NCBI RefSeq assembly: GCF_009834535.1
Contig: NC_045696.1
Span: 14,200,001-14,264,000 of the forward strand
DNA length: 64,000 nucleotides
Reading direction: 5' to 3'
From: Camelus ferus
Lineage: Eukaryota
Below the pieces are notes generated by a model. The model ran no database searches and was not told the origin of the DNA. It was given only the letters and a program-made list of their open reading frames with translations. The position numbers and the translations under genes are program-made. Positions 11,891 to 25,750 of this stretch are shown here, piece after piece. The number at the start of each line of letters is the position of its first letter. Position 1 is the first letter of the stretch.

Positions 11891-13144
11891 AGCTTCACTT
11901 ATTCTTACAGGCATGTGCTATCTGGTAAATAAAGAAAACATCAAATGCAGAAAACATTGAAAAACTGAAAGCATGCTTTAGATAATAGAAAATTGAATCA
12001 TAGACCCAAAGAATGAGAAGAAGCTTTAGAGAGCTGGCTTTATTTAACTTCTGCTTGACTTGCCTTTGATTTGTTACCTTTTGCTGTAGAAGATTTTGTA
12101 TCCAAACAATTAGCATTCTGTCTTTACCTATTTATGTTTGGTGGAGCTGGTTTACATATCCTGAAGAGAAAAGGCTACTTGTTCACAGCTCTCCAAATAA
12201 CTGGTAGCATATAACAGTCATAAAATCTAAATAAATGAGGTAACAAAATTCATGACAACGTAAGCATAAATTTTTAACAAGCACACTAGATTTTAATCCC
12301 AGGGGAGATTTCTTGCCTTTATAAGCACCCACCTCCACCTTGCCACAATGGTATATAATGAGGCCCAAGATTATTCTAGGAGACATAACACAATAATTTG
12401 AATTTATTTGCAGCTACTCAGACACAAACTGGATTGAATGGGATACTGGTAAAGCCCTCTGAGGAGCTGCGTTATGTTATTAATCAGGGAGATGGCAATT
12501 TCCCTTACTGACTAACAGTTCCGTACTCTGGGGCCCTAATGACCAGAGTAGATACATGTTTTATTATTTTTTTCTATAAACTCTGATAGAGACAAAAGGA
12601 GGGATATAGAGGAAAGCTCTGGACAGGAAGTGGAAGAAATAAACCCCCAGGGATCTTCAGCTAACTTTATCCTTCTATGCTATTCCTTGGATAGGGAGAG
12701 GACAGAGACAGACAGGCAACTTCTCTGAAAATTGCATATGCTTCTAAGTGCAGCTGGGTGCTTTATTGTTGGAGGTCTTTACAGTTAACTCTTGGTAGAA
12801 CATTTTTATTACAGAAAATCACTGGAGAGAACTAATTAAAGAGACTTCTGGCTCTATAATAATTGACAACATTTATTCAATTTAAAAATCATTCTTGACA
12901 TAAGACAGCAATGTTTCTCACAGTATGAGCAAATCAAGCACTCATTCATTCCAGGGGACAAATATTCATTGAGTATGGTCTACATGTATGGTCTCAGGAC
13001 TTACATGGTCTGCATGCATGGTCTTAGTACTTACAGTTTCCCAGTTTCTGCCTGTCGTATTCGGATTACTCTTGCCTTGTTTGGTTCATATAAATACAGG
13101 TGGCATAAACAAAGAATTTTTTTTCTTTAAAAATGAAAAAGAAC

Positions 13145-14822
13145 TAGTGTTTTCATTTTCTTTGGATATATATCAAGGAATGGAATTACTGGGTCATATG
13201 GTAGTTCTATTTTTAGTTTTTTGGGAAACCTCCATATTGTTTTCCATAGTATTTGCACTAATTTACCTTGCCACAAATAGTGTGCAAAGGTTTCCTTTTC
13301 TCCAGATCCTTGCTAACATTTGTTATTTGTTTTTTTTTGTTGTTTTGTTTTGTTTTGTTTTGTTTTTTTGGAGAAGGAAAGTAATTAAATTTTTCTAATG
13401 AAGGTACTGGGGATTGAACCCAGGACCTTGTGCAGGTTAAGCACACATTCTACCACTGAACTATACTCTCCTCTCCTGATATTTCTGATCTTTTTGATGA
13501 CAGCCATTCTGACTGGTGTGAGGTGACATCTCATTGTGGTTTTGATTTGCATTTCTCTAATGACTAGCAATGTTGAGCATCTCTTCATGTACTTGTTGTC
13601 CTTCTGTATGTCTTCTTTGAAAAAAAAGTCTATTCAGGACTTCTGCCCATTTTTTAATAGAGTTGTTTGTTTCTTCTATTGAGTTGTATGAACTGTTTAT
13701 ATATTTTGGATATTAGCCCCTTATCAGTCATATCACTTGCCAATATTTTCTCCCATTCAAAAGGCTGTCTTTTCATTTTGTTGAGGTTTCCTTTGCTGTG
13801 CAAAAGGCTTTATGTTTAACTAGGTCCCATTTGCTCATTTTTGCTTTTATTTCTTTTGCCTTAGGAGACAGATCCAAAAAATACTGCTATGATTTATGTC
13901 AAAGAGTGTTCTGTGTTTTCTTTTAGGAGTTTTATGGTTTCAGGTCTTACGTTTCGGTCTTAAAGCCATTTTGAATTTATTTCTGTGCGTAGTGTTAAAG
14001 AATGTTGTAATTTCTTTCACATGTAGCTGTCCAGTTTCCCCAGCACCATTTATTGAAGAGACTGTCTTTTCCCTATGGTTTATTGTTGCCTTTTTTTGTA
14101 GGTGAATTGACCATGAGTGCAGTAGACGGGTTTATTTCTGGACTCTGTATTCTATCCCATTGATCTATGTGTCTGTTTCTGTACCAGTACCGTGCTGTTT
14201 TGGTTACTGTAGCTCTGTAGTATAATCTGAAATTAGAGAGCATGATTCCTCCAACTTTGTTCTTTTTTCTCAAGATTTCTTTGTCTATTCAGGGTCTTTT
14301 ATGGTTTCATATATATTTTAGGATTATTTGTTCTAGTTCTGTAAAAAATGCCATGGGTATTTTGATAGAGATTGCATTAAATATGTAGATTACTTTGGGT
14401 AGTATAGACATTTTAACAATATTAATTCTTCTAATCCATGAAAACTTAGTGAAATAAATCAGACAGAGAAAGACAAATACTTTATGTTATTACTTATATG
14501 TGGAATCTAAAAAAATAAAAAAAAATGAATGAATACAACAAAACAGAAACAGACTTACAAATATAGAGAAAAAACTAGTGGCTACCAGCAGGGAGAGGGA
14601 TGAGGGATGGGGCAAGAGAGGAGTAGGGAATTAAGAGGTATAAACAACTATGTATATTAAAAAAATAAGCTACAAGGGTATATTGTACACATCAGGGAAT
14701 ATAGTCAATATTTTATAATAACTTTAAATGGAGTATAATCTATAAAAATATTGAATCATTATGTCATACACCTGAAACTAATATTATATTATAAAGCAAC
14801 TATACTTCAATTTAAAAAAAAA
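13145..14822. mobile_element. 5'-inverted (twin-primed) L1: minus segment about 13145-14442, plus 3' segment about 14443-14822
   Basis: Minus-strand ORFs 13385-13588 and 14073-14273 translate as L1 ORF2; orientation flips at about 14442 into the 3'UTR and A tail; TSD aaaatgaaaa(a/c)ga on both sides. Confidence 0.8.
13330..13473 (-). mobile_element. tRNA-derived SINE (camelid Vic-1 type) inserted in L1
   Basis: ggtactggggattgaacccaggaccttgtgc...ctaccactgaactatactc (B and A boxes on the minus strand) with a T-rich tail. Confidence 0.8.
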
Positions 14823-15204
14823 TGAAAACGACATGAATAAGTACCTGTGGAGTCAACCAGAAAAATCATAAAACCTGGAGTGAAAACCTGCAATATTCCC
14901 TTTGCCATGGGGAAAAATATGATATGCAGGAATTGATTGCTAGTGACCTACAACCTATTTGAACAGACCAGTTAAACACAAAATAGAAAATGTACTTACA
15001 GTGGTACATAGCATAACAAATAGGTAAAAGTGAAATATTGTCATATACACCATAAACACCACAGGTGTTCAAAGAAGGTGGAAATCAATGAACTCTAGTG
15101 AGCAGAGTGATGCTTTATAGAAGGTGTGGAAGGACCAGGAACAGAACTGAAGGAATGAGACTTATCTAGTTTAAAAGAGGCTTACAATAACTGGGCAATA
15201 ACTG

Positions 15205-15705
15205 CACGCTGAATACACCTCATCACCTGTGAAGGCTTCTTGCCAAGCATTAAACCTGGCTCAAACCAAGGCCTAAGGTTTACAACTTATACAACAATTC
15301 AATAATATAAAAAAAGAGCTATTCTGCATTTAAAGAGTATTAAGATACATAATAAGTAAATTCAGTGTGAGGAACTTATTTGATTTTAAATAAACAAGAA
15401 CTAAAACACCTATTTTTAAATAATCAGGAAAATCTGATTACTGCATTAATTGATATAAAGGAAATATTATTAATATTGTTAGGTGTGATAATGCTATTAT
15501 GATAAAGTTATAAAATACTGTTAGTTGCATATTGAAACATTTTGGATTATGAAATACCATATCTGATTTATTGTTTAAAAGTTCAACAAATAGTGAAGAT
15601 TACCATATCAAAATGTTAATGATTGTTAAAATTAGATGATGAGTTAAAAAGGCACAATCTCTTATTTTTCTGCTGATTAAATTTTTTTAATGAAAAGTTT
15701 TTAAA
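15205..15705 (+). mobile_element. Old L1ME-type 3' end
   Basis: Degenerate L1ME-like 3'UTR motifs (ttaggtgtgataatg). Confidence 0.5.
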
Positions 15706-17431
15706 ACACACAGCAAGAGTGGAGAACGTTCACGGATAAGACAAATGAAATGAGCAACAACCTATGGGTGAGACTATCCAAGACCTGTGTCAGGAACATA
15801 AAACCTTCACAGAAGCTGAAAATTTGAGAAAAAAAGCTAATGAGAGCTAAATTGGGCAACATAGGTTGGAGTGTCATTATTGAAAGCCTTAATTACTAAA
15901 TATTACACTGTCAAATGTAAGGAGGCAGTAGGTGAAGAATAAAGGAATTTTTAAGCAAGACGCTGATAAAAGCAGTGAGATTTGTTTGTTGGTTTGTTGG
16001 TTGGCTAGTTAATAAGTTTGATTTGACTCTCTTAGAAAGATTAAATAGCTTAAGAGTTTGTGGAATGCAGTATGGAATAAGGAAATGAAAAGTAGGAGAA
16101 TAATTAAGAGGTCTCTTTGAGAGTTCAGTATGGTTTTGTTGAAGGAGAGGCTGTAAGAATACGAATCACAAGAAGAATGGAAAGACATAAAAGATAAATT
16201 AACAGGACTCAGATGTGAGAGGGGTAGGAACAGCAAACAGAAAATGGCCATAAATAATTCTGAGATTTCAGGACATTAGCCATGTGAGAAGGAAAAGGGA
16301 TGAGATCAGTTGTTTGTGGTGAGGGCTGGTGATGAATATAAAGCATCTGGTTTTAAGCAATGACATATGAATATCTTCCTGAACGGGGATTGAATATCTG
16401 CCATTTGGTTTTCAAAAACTCTGAGAAGCAGTTTATTCCATTTCTGCTAAATTAAACTTTATATCAACAGGTAGAATTCAATTCCCTTATAGTCTACCAT
16501 TATCATCTCATCTAGGTAAGACTGAAAAATATAATAAATTATAAAATTTGCATGTGATTGACCAAAAACATAATAATTTTTGCACAATTATAATATATTT
16601 TTCTAGTAATTTCAAGTGTATGTGAATATTCTGTGTTATTGTCTCCTTTAAATATTATAAAATTGTAGTTACTTAATTAATTCATTAATTTCCTTCAATA
16701 TATTTTTACTGGCTATACACCATGATTGACCCACTACTAGGCTCTATGTTAGAAATATGAATAGGACATGACCCTGCCTTTTGCCCCTCAGAAACATATA
16801 TATAAGCAAATGCTTGCAATTGTATTAGGTGGCAAAAAAGTAGCATTCACAGTGGGAATCATTTTTTAAAAAATCAGTCTTTCTTGGGATGTTGTGGTAG
16901 GCTTTTCAGGGATTTAGCTCTTAAAAGACTATTAGAATGCCCTTACATCACATGTAAGGGCATTAAGAACATTCTAGCTGATTAGCATTCACTATTCGTG
17001 TACTTGTAGCACATTTGACAACTCAATAGTCCATCTAATAGACATGCCAAGATCAAGAGATATCCTTAGCTAAGGTCATGGTAAAGGTTTTCTATAAATT
17101 AAAATTTGTCAGTCTGTCTGTGAGGGATATGCAGTGCATAGTGTTCTGGAATGCAACTGTTGAGAACCCATCCCATCTCCAAAGACGAGTTATCAGGGCA
17201 TTATGAAAATAAGGAAAAAACTTCATAGAAATCTATAATAAAGAGAATTATTCAAATTAGCCTGTGAAGTTAGAAATGTTTAGTTCTGCTTCCTTTTTGC
17301 TTAATTATTCTGTCTCCCAGAAGAGATAACTAGTCATATGATATATACATGTGGATGCAGGTACCCAGACAAAGGATAAAGGAGAGGCATTTGGGCAAAA
17401 GAGAAAATCCCATTGAAAATATGAGGCAGAA

Positions 17432-19050
17432 TGCTATGGACTGAATGTCTGTATCCCAAAATTCATATGTTGATATCATAATCCTCAATGTGATGGTAGA
17501 GCCTTTGGGAGGTGATTAGGTCATAAGGATGGAGACCTCATGAATGTGACTTGTGCTCACACAAAAGTGACCTCAGAGAGTTCTCTCACCACTTTAGCCA
17601 TGTGAGGACACAGTAAGAAAATGACTGTGAACCAGGAAGCAGGCACCAGACACTAAATCTGCTGGCACTTTGATCTTGGACTTTCAGGCTCCAGAACTGT
17701 GGGAACTAAATGTTCATTGCTAACTGAATTAGCAGCCTATGGTATTTTTGTTATAGCATCACAAATAGACTAAGAAATAAACTGATACTAAAAAGTTGAG
17801 GTGCTGCTGTGAAAAATACCTAAAAATGTGGAAGCAGCTTTGAAATTGGGTAATGGGCAGAGGCTGGAAGGGTTTTGAGGTGCAAGCCAGAAAAAGCCCA
17901 CATTGTTGTGAATGGACCATTAAAAACAATTCTGCTGAGACCTCAGAAAGAGAAGAAATCTGTAGATAAAGCTTCAGTCTTCTTAAATAATACTAAAGCA
18001 ATGAATGAACAGAATGTTGGTGGAAATGTGGACAGTAAAGGCCATTCTGATGAGGTCTCAGACAGAAGTAAGGAACATGTTATTGAAAACTCAAGGAAAC
18101 TTATAGAACAGCAAAGAACTTGGCTTAATTGTGTTCATGTTCTAGTGTTTTGTGAAAAGTAGAACGTACAAAAAATTAAATTAGGTATGTAGCTGTAAAG
18201 ATTTCTAAGCAAAGTGTTGAAGGTGTGGCTTGATTCCTCCTGAATGCTTATAGTAAAACATGAGAAGAGAGAAATGACTTAAAGACAGAATTGTTAAGCA
18301 AAAAGAAAGTAGAGCTGAAGATTTGGAAAATCCTCAGCCTATCCATATCATAAAAAATAAAAGAGAACACTTAGGGTATAGACAAACAACCATTTGCCAA
18401 GGAAGTTAGTATGGCTTGGCCATCTCAACAGAAGCCAGGTGTTGTTCTTCAAGACAATGGAAGAATGAATCCAAAGGTGATACAGAGATCTTCAGGGCTG
18501 CCAGTCCCATCACAGACCTGTAGTGTAATGGATCAGGATGGGAGGGTAGAACTAGTTCTTCTTCAGTTCAAGCAGAGCAAAATGCCCCCGCCCAGTGTAT
18601 CAGGGGACCCTGCAAAGAGCTGCAGTGGGGACTGCACCCATCAGAGCCATGGGGACAGGGCCACCTAGAGCCATGTTGCAGGGGTTTCAGCCTGGGAGAG
18701 TTCCAGGGGCAGGACTGCCACCCTAGTGAGTCCAGAGAGCAGAACGCTGAGCCAGTTAAGATTATTCTCATGCCCTAAGTTAAATGTTATTTGCCCCATT
18801 AGGTTTTGTATTTACTTGGGGTCTGTGCCCCTTTCTTTTTTCCAATTTTTTTCTTTTGGAGTAGGAACCTCTATCCTACTCCTGTCCCACCACTGCAATT
18901 TGGAAGCACATAAATCATTTGGTTTCACAGGTTCACAGCTGGAATTTGCCTCAGTATGACTCGTCTCTTGCAAATCACTCATATCTGATTTAGATGATAT
19001 TTAGATAAGACTTTGTACTTTATATGTTCAATGCTGGGATGAATTAAGAT
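17432..19050 (+). mobile_element. MLT1A-type MaLR LTR (about 17432-17777) plus internal sequence
   Basis: tgctatggactgaatgtctgtatcccaaaattcatatgttga...gactaag, followed by MaLR-int motif acctaaaaatgtggaagcagctttgaaattgggtaatgggcagaggctggaag. Confidence 0.85.
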
Positions 19051-19655
19051 AAACCTTTACATTTATGGTCAATTGATTTTGAACAAAAGCGCCAAGACCA
19101 TTCCCTGGGAAAGAGTAGGCTTTTCAACAAATCATACTGAAACAGCTGGGTCTCCACATTCGAAAGGATGAAGTTGGACCCTGTCTCATATTTCACACTA
19201 TATCAAGAATTAACTCAAAATGGATCAAAGACCTAAGTGTTGAGCTAAAGGTATAAATCTCTTAGAAGGAAACACAGGTGTAAGTTTTCATGAGTTTAGA
19301 TTTTGCAATCACTTCTTAGATACAATACCAAAAGCACAGGCCACAAAATTTAAAAAAAAAAAAACAATTGAACTCCAACAAAATTAAAAAGTTTTTTGCT
19401 TGAAAAGAAAATATCAAGAGAGTGAAAAGAGAAACTACAGGGTGGGAGAAAATATTTGCAATTCAAATATCCCGTAAGGAATGTTGTGATCAGAATATTT
19501 TTAAAACTCTTACAACTCAACGATTAAAAATAACACAATTTAAAAAGTGGACAAAAGATCTGAATGACAGTTGTTCAAAGAAAATGTACAAACAGGAAGC
19601 AGGTGAAAAGATGCTCAACATTATTAGTCATTAAGGAAATGCATATCAAAGCCAC
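19051..19655 (+). mobile_element. L1 ORF2 fragment
   Basis: aattaactcaaaatggatcaaagaccta; ORF 19422 (WEKIFA) is L1 ORF2-like. Confidence 0.85.
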
Positions 19656-21255
19656 ATTGACGTCATGCTCCATATTCTGGGAAGTTAGTGAACATCTAGA
19701 CCAGTTGTGGGTAGGACAAGGGTCACTGTACCGGTTCTTTATGGATTCATTTCTTCTTTGAGTGCCTGCTCTTAATCATTCTTCATGCCTCTTCAAAATA
19801 CCATGTTCTATATTTTAAATGTATTCACATCAATTCTCATTAAGCTGATCAATGCCTCGTATCGTTTCTGACACACTGATGATAGAAATTCTCCCCCTTA
19901 AGCACTTTCTTAATTTTCAGACATCATTGATTCACAAGATCTCCATAGCTCTTTATTAGTCTGATACCTGTTATCTTGGACTGTGCAACTCTGAGCAATG
20001 CCGGAATGTAAAGGTGATCACTCTTCTCAGAAAAGCTTCAAAAATTTACCTGCTCCAGGTGCTTCAGGGAAGCCTTTCCTCCTCCTACTGCTGTGGCCAA
20101 GGAGGCTTTCTGAAGATTGCAATGATGTTTTCCCAAGAAGGCTGCTACCTCCTGGTGGGATTCATACTCACAGCTACATCCCCTATCACTCAACTTTTTC
20201 CCGGTCAGTTCCTTATAAAAACAACCACAACAAAATCTTGTCATCACTTTCTTGTTACATAATTAAATGTTTTCCACCCAGAGAAACTGTTTTTCATGCA
20301 TGTATCCATGAACCATGTAAGCAATAATGAAAAGTCCACACAAACTCTGACACACATTGTCATCCTGTAGATTCGTTAAGTATTTATTTTTCACAGACCA
20401 GTGTTGTTGGCAAATACGCTTTTTGACTGCAGAGATCTTAATACACAAATAAATGTGTATCTAGCTTCTACATGCCCTCACTCCTGAGTATTTCTGATGG
20501 GTCTTAGGCTAAATCACTTTGTTTTTAAGTTCAGCTTTAAGCTTCTTACAGAGATTATGTATTCTCAACATCTTAGCTTAGGAATGCTAGATTTTGTATT
20601 CTCTTCATATTTTTTCTGTACATTTTTAAAATGTAACACCTCTGAATTCTATTGTGAGGGCTGAAATTGTTATTTCGGAGCATGGTATTTCAACATAAAT
20701 GAAATCCAACACTCTCAGCTGAAGAACATTACAGTATATCCCCAGATGACTGCTTCCATTGATGTCATGAGATGGTATTAAGAAGCAGTGTGAGAAAAGC
20801 TGTATTTGAAAACGCTCATCATTCTACTGATATAAAGAGATTGCATCTGCTTTGAATATAAAGGAAATGGCAGTCCTATTCCTGTGTTTAGCTGAATTCC
20901 CCAGCCCTGGAAAGGAATATATTCAGTTTATATATGAATCTCTGGATTCATATTTAGGCTATAGAGTTTTCATTTTGAGTTATAGAATAAACAAAGATTT
21001 CTAAAGCTATTTTTTCTTCTAATTGGTCATGGAATTCTAACTTTGCCACAAGGATCCCAACAGGATCTTAACTTTTTTCATTCATAATCTCCAGAATTAG
21101 CTATTATTTTGACACTAATTAGTTTATAGAACTAGAAATTGGAGTCCTAGAATTTTCCACAGTCACTTTTAGTATATCAAGCTCCCACGTACAGTAAAAG
21201 TCCAACTTCAACCACTCATCATTGGCTTTCTAACCCCCTCATTTCCCAAGGCTCT

Positions 21256-21442
21256 ATGCTGCAGCTACTATGGAAACCGTTAACACGACGGTGGATGCTG
21301 TGGCTATGGAGGCTTAGGTCGTGGCTCTTGGTGGGACTTCTGGAGGCCTGGAACAAGTCAGTGAGTATGATTAGGGTGGGTATTGATATGACTGCTGTCA
21401 TCCATTGTGCTGTGAGAAAACAAGTCTTATGGCTTCTTCTGA
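21256..21442 (+). pseudogene. HGT-KRTAP pseudogene (KRTAP6-like N-terminus, KRTAP20-like C-terminus)
   Basis: ATG followed by an immediate frameshift, then CSYYGNR*HDGGCCGYGGLGRGSWWDFWRPG.../YD*GGY*YDCCHPLCC.../SYGFF*. Degenerate TATA at about 21173, AATAAA at 21769-21774. Confidence 0.82.
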
Positions 21443-22117
21443 AAACCTTGACAGCTTAAAGCAGTTCCCTAAAGATTCATCACCTCAGTTTCCAATGACA
21501 AGAAATCCTTTTCTTTTCACCCACAGTTTATAACTGGTGATCACACCTCCACTGCTGGGGAACCCATTGTTGCTGGCCACCACAAACACAGGAGTCAGCC
21601 TATGTCCATCACACAGGTCGGATTCCCTGGCATCTCAAAAAGCTTAGCACTTGAATTGCAAATGTCAACATTCTAATTGCAGCTCCTCTGGTGGAACTTA
21701 TTTTTAACTCTGATATCAATTATTTCCCCCTGTCCTATGTCTTACAATGCTTATGTTTTCACTTTTTCAATAAAAAGGCTTAATCTTCCCTGGCAAGTGT
21801 TGTTTGCTCTTTATGTTTATTCAGTTCAGTAGGTTTCTTGTGCTATAGGTGTATCATTTTGAATCCAAACATGGATTTATCTTCCCTGCAGCTGCAGATG
21901 ATTTATGCCCCGAAAATAGCTGAGTATATGTGTGATTAAATTGAGCCCCTTAACATCTTGTAGTTTCTTGTAGAAGAAAGAATGCAATCTGATTTCTTGT
22001 TTAATGTTGCTTTTTTCATGAGAAAATGTATTTGCCTCCCACTCTTACCTCCAAACGCATTAGACATATAAGATGCACAGATTTGAAAAGCCAGAGATTA
22101 TTAAGGGAAAACAGTTC

Positions 22118-22567
22118 TGTACTAGTTTCCCAGGGCTGCCATGGCAAAATACTACGAACTGGGTAAATTTAAACACAAGTTTATTCTCTCACAGTTCTAC
22201 AGGCTGGAAATAAAAAAAATCAAGGTGTCCACAGAGCCATGCTCTCTGAAGGTTCTGGGGCATAATCTCTTTCATGCGTTTCTCCTACTTTCTGGTGCCA
22301 GCAGTCCTTAGCATTCCTTGACTTGTAGACACAGCACTCCAATCTCTGCCTCCACAGATACATGTGTTCTCCCTCTGTGTCTCCACGTCTCTTCTTTTCT
22401 TATAAGGATACCAGTCATACTAGATTGGTGCCCAGTTTAATTGATTATGACCTCATCTTAACTTGGTTACATCTGCAATGGCTGTATTTCCAAATAAGGT
22501 CACATTCAGGTATTGAGAGCTAGGACTTGAACATATCTTTTGGGGGAGTAAAATTCTACTCACAACA
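22118..22567 (-). mobile_element. MLT1C-type MaLR LTR
   Basis: tgtactagtttcccagggctgcc...ttccaaataaggtcacattc...cacaaca. Confidence 0.85.
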
Positions 22568-22829
22568 AGCCCCAAATCCAGAGTTTATCCAAATATTTTA
22601 TCCATAAGTGGACTTAAAAGTGAGGTCTCTCCTCTTATACCTGGCCCTATGAGAATTTAGGGACTATTTTGTTCTCTGGGCCAAGAATAAATACAACCTT
22701 AAGACATTAGGAAACAGGAGTACACCACATCGTCTTGGAAAGTGACAAGGCTAGGAAGTCAAGATCATTGATAAGAAAACCAAATGACTACAAGCTTGTG
22801 AAGGACACTCGAGTCAGTTTAGCCAACTG

Positions 22830-23060
22830 CTTTAGAGCATGGACTTTGGAATCAGACAGACCTCACCTAAAGTCCCAGTTCTACTGTTTAGTCATCCAAG
22901 TGACTTAGGGAAAGTACTTGGTTTTTCTAAATTTCCACTTCTTCATTGGTAAGATGATGATATGGCATCCTCATAGAGTTCTTGTGAGAAACAAACAGGT
23001 TATTATATGTGAAGGGCTTAGTATAGTAGCTGACACATGAAAATGCTCAATAAGGTCAAG
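22830..23060 (+). mobile_element. MIR SINE
   Basis: agagcatggactttggaatcagacagacct...aaatgctcaataa. Confidence 0.75.
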
Positions 23061-23699
23061 CCAATTTATATTTATATTCCCACTGAATAACAGGTAAGCA
23101 AAGGAGAATTCTCTTGTTCAATCAAAGTTCACAAAGAGGGATTTTTAAAAATAAAAAAAAAATGTATTTCAAATTATATTATTTCTTGTATGTTTTATGT
23201 TAGAATCTTCTGTTTCAGCTTGGCTGTACATATCTATATGAAGTGACAACTTCCCTCTGCAGTATTCTAGAAAGCAGACATTTTTAGAGTCTATTTAAAT
23301 GCAATGTACACTTCTATGACTGAATAAGCAACATCCCTAAAAATAATAAAGATATGTTCATTGGTAATTGAAAAGCATTATTAGTTGAAGCTAAGGAAGA
23401 TGGTGAAGTCAGAAATTTTTTTCATAATCCAGTAATTGTCATATGACAAGCCATATGACCTACATCACCTCAAAAAAATCTTAAGGTGGTCCAGCCACTA
23501 GAATAGAACTTCATAGGAACATGGCTATTCAGTATCTACATACACAGCTTGCCTTCCCATGCACCTAAGTTCACAAGCCATTGAATCTGTTCCAATGTGC
23601 CAGGAAGAGCTCAACAAACAATTCTCAAATTTCCTTCGCACCTGAAACTGCTTGATGAGAAAAAACTGCAATACCTAAGGGCAGATCCAAGACTACACA

Positions 23700-24468
23700 A
23701 ACTGATATTGGCAGTCCATCAAGCACTGCAGCAGCTCATAGAAGCAGTACCCACCCCAGACATGAGAGTCTGTAATGTCTCCCAGAAAAGGCGACATGTG
23801 AGTCAACTCTTCAATGATGAACTGGAGTTAGGTAGGAATGGAAAAGAACTGGCAGCAGAGGAAGCAGCACACACAAAAACTCAGAAGCGAGGGAGTTCAT
23901 GGTGTTCCTGGAACTGTAATTTATTCAAGAAAGTATAAAATAGGGAATGGGAAGAAGTGAAAGATGAAACTGGAAGATTAAAAGCTAGAATGTTTTTTGA
24001 GATGCTAAAGAGCCCATACTTTATTCTGAGGGCTATTTGAGTTATCCTCACTACAGAGCAGAGAATAATTTATTGGGGCTGAAATTGAGGCTGGGAAACT
24101 AGTTAGGTTACTATGGCAATAATCATGCCAAAGAAGATTAGAATTTGAATTTAGATAGTGGAAGTGGAGATGCAGAAAAGTTGATGAGTTTAAGAGAGAT
24201 TAATTAAGCAAAGTACATAGGGCTTGGCAGGTTGGTAAGAAGAGGAAAGAATCAAGAATTTATTGCCAAGTTTATGAATTAGGTATATAGGTGAAAATAT
24301 TACCTTTCATTATGATGAGAAAAACAGAAGAAGCTCAAGTTTTTAAAAAAGGAAATTTGGAGCACATTGACTTTGTGGCTGTCTAGTTGGAGATAATACT
24401 TAGCTGATGATGATAAAAGAAAAGAGAGAAAGACAGACAGACAGACAGAGGAGAGATAGAAAGAGAAA

Positions 24469-24530
<62 letters not shown>

Positions 24531-24930
24531 CAGACAGACTGATTTGAGAATCATCAACATACAGGTATCATTTGATGCCAGGGCCAAGGGTAAGATTATC
24601 CAGAAAGACTATTTAGAGTGATAGAAGAGGGCCAAGTACAGAATAATGGGAAATAACTATATTTAATGAGAAAATTAAGAAGAAAGAGTCAAACATAATC
24701 ATATTACAAAAGAAAGTGAAGGATAGAATTGCAAGATACAATGTTAATGGAATGGCTAAGAGGGTCAATAATATACCATCAAGAAATATCTATTAAACGT
24801 TGCCACAAGGAGATCATTGTTAACATCAGAGCGAGCAATTCTGGCAGACTTGGGAGTTGAAAAATGAATGAGATGAGAGGAAATGCAAACAGCCTGTTTG
24901 TTCCACTCTTTCAAGAAAGTTTCTAAAAGG
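23700..24930 (-). mobile_element. L2 fragments
   Basis: Degenerate L2-like purine-rich sequence. Confidence 0.5.
24432..24539. repeat. (GAAA)n microsatellite flanked by (GACA)n
   Basis: Perfect GAAA run at about 24473-24528. Confidence 0.95.
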
Positions 24931-25304
24931 GAAAGGGATGATACAGTGCACAGAAGGAGAAGTTGGAGCGCATGTTTTTGTTTTTATTTTCGAGGTCTGG
25001 GTTTGTTAAATTTACATGGGAAAAGGTGAGGGAAAGAGTTTGGATTCTTGAGGGATGAAAGTTCCTATGATGCAAGAGGAGCTGGGATCCAGAGCCCAGA
25101 TAGACAATAAAGACAATCCTTACAATGAGACAGAAAAAAAGGAAGCAAGAAGGAATGAACATCTCATTTCACAAGAAGCTAAGATAATTATTTTTTAGTA
25201 AATGTTGCTCCTTTCTGTGAATTTTGAAGGACAGCTACACTCCAAGAATGACCAGTGTGGTATACTGGATATAGGAAGGAGGATGTCTCAAGAGTATGAT
25301 TAAA

Positions 25305-25750
25305 GTCTGAAACACCTCAGGATTTGAGTCTTCTGGAAAGCAGACTCTGAGACACAGTTTGGTGTTCAGAATATTTATTAGGGCATGATTTTGTGATCAA
25401 CACCAGGAATGGAGGGAGGAGAAAGTAGGGATGGACAGAGGGAGAAGTCAAACCACAGTGTAGGATGTACTGCCTCAGCTCATCCCATGGGGAGCTCTGA
25501 CGCTGAAAGTACCCATCAGGATCATCCCCAGTTGAGCTGAATGGATGACCTTTATACTACCTACTTTGATCATGGAATATGGGCCACCTCTGGAAAGGTG
25601 CTACCTAGAACAAAGTGGCTTTATGCAACTGAGATGTTCCCTGAAGGGGATAAGAGCTAAGACTGTCTCCTGATTGGACTCCCAGCAACCAGGGCCACAA
25701 GTCTTTCCTTGAAGTGGGATCTGGGTGAATCTCCTCCATGTTATCACACA
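25305..25750 (-). mobile_element. LTR16-like ERVL LTR
   Basis: ggaaagcagactctgagac...tttattaggg...gatcaacacc...cagagggagaagtc, resembling the recalled LTR16A consensus. Confidence 0.6.

Noticed and set aside
12988..13398. 136-aa hydrophobic ORF
   Set aside because: Mostly antisense L1 plus a SINE T-tail
13400..13470. tRNA gene (also at about 61530-61585)
   Set aside because: A/B boxes belong to a tRNA-derived SINE with a simple-repeat tail; no full cloverleaf
20038..20247. Minus ORF starting MMTRFCCGCFY, resembling the KRTAP7 N-terminus
   Set aside because: The remainder lacks Gly/Tyr character and no KRTAP-type TATA or leader precedes it; treated as chance
23597..23938. 113-aa ORF
   Set aside because: GTG start, no recognisable homology, overlaps L2-like sequence
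24300..24587. ORF with SFFL repeats
   Set aside because: Translation of the (GAAA)n microsatellite
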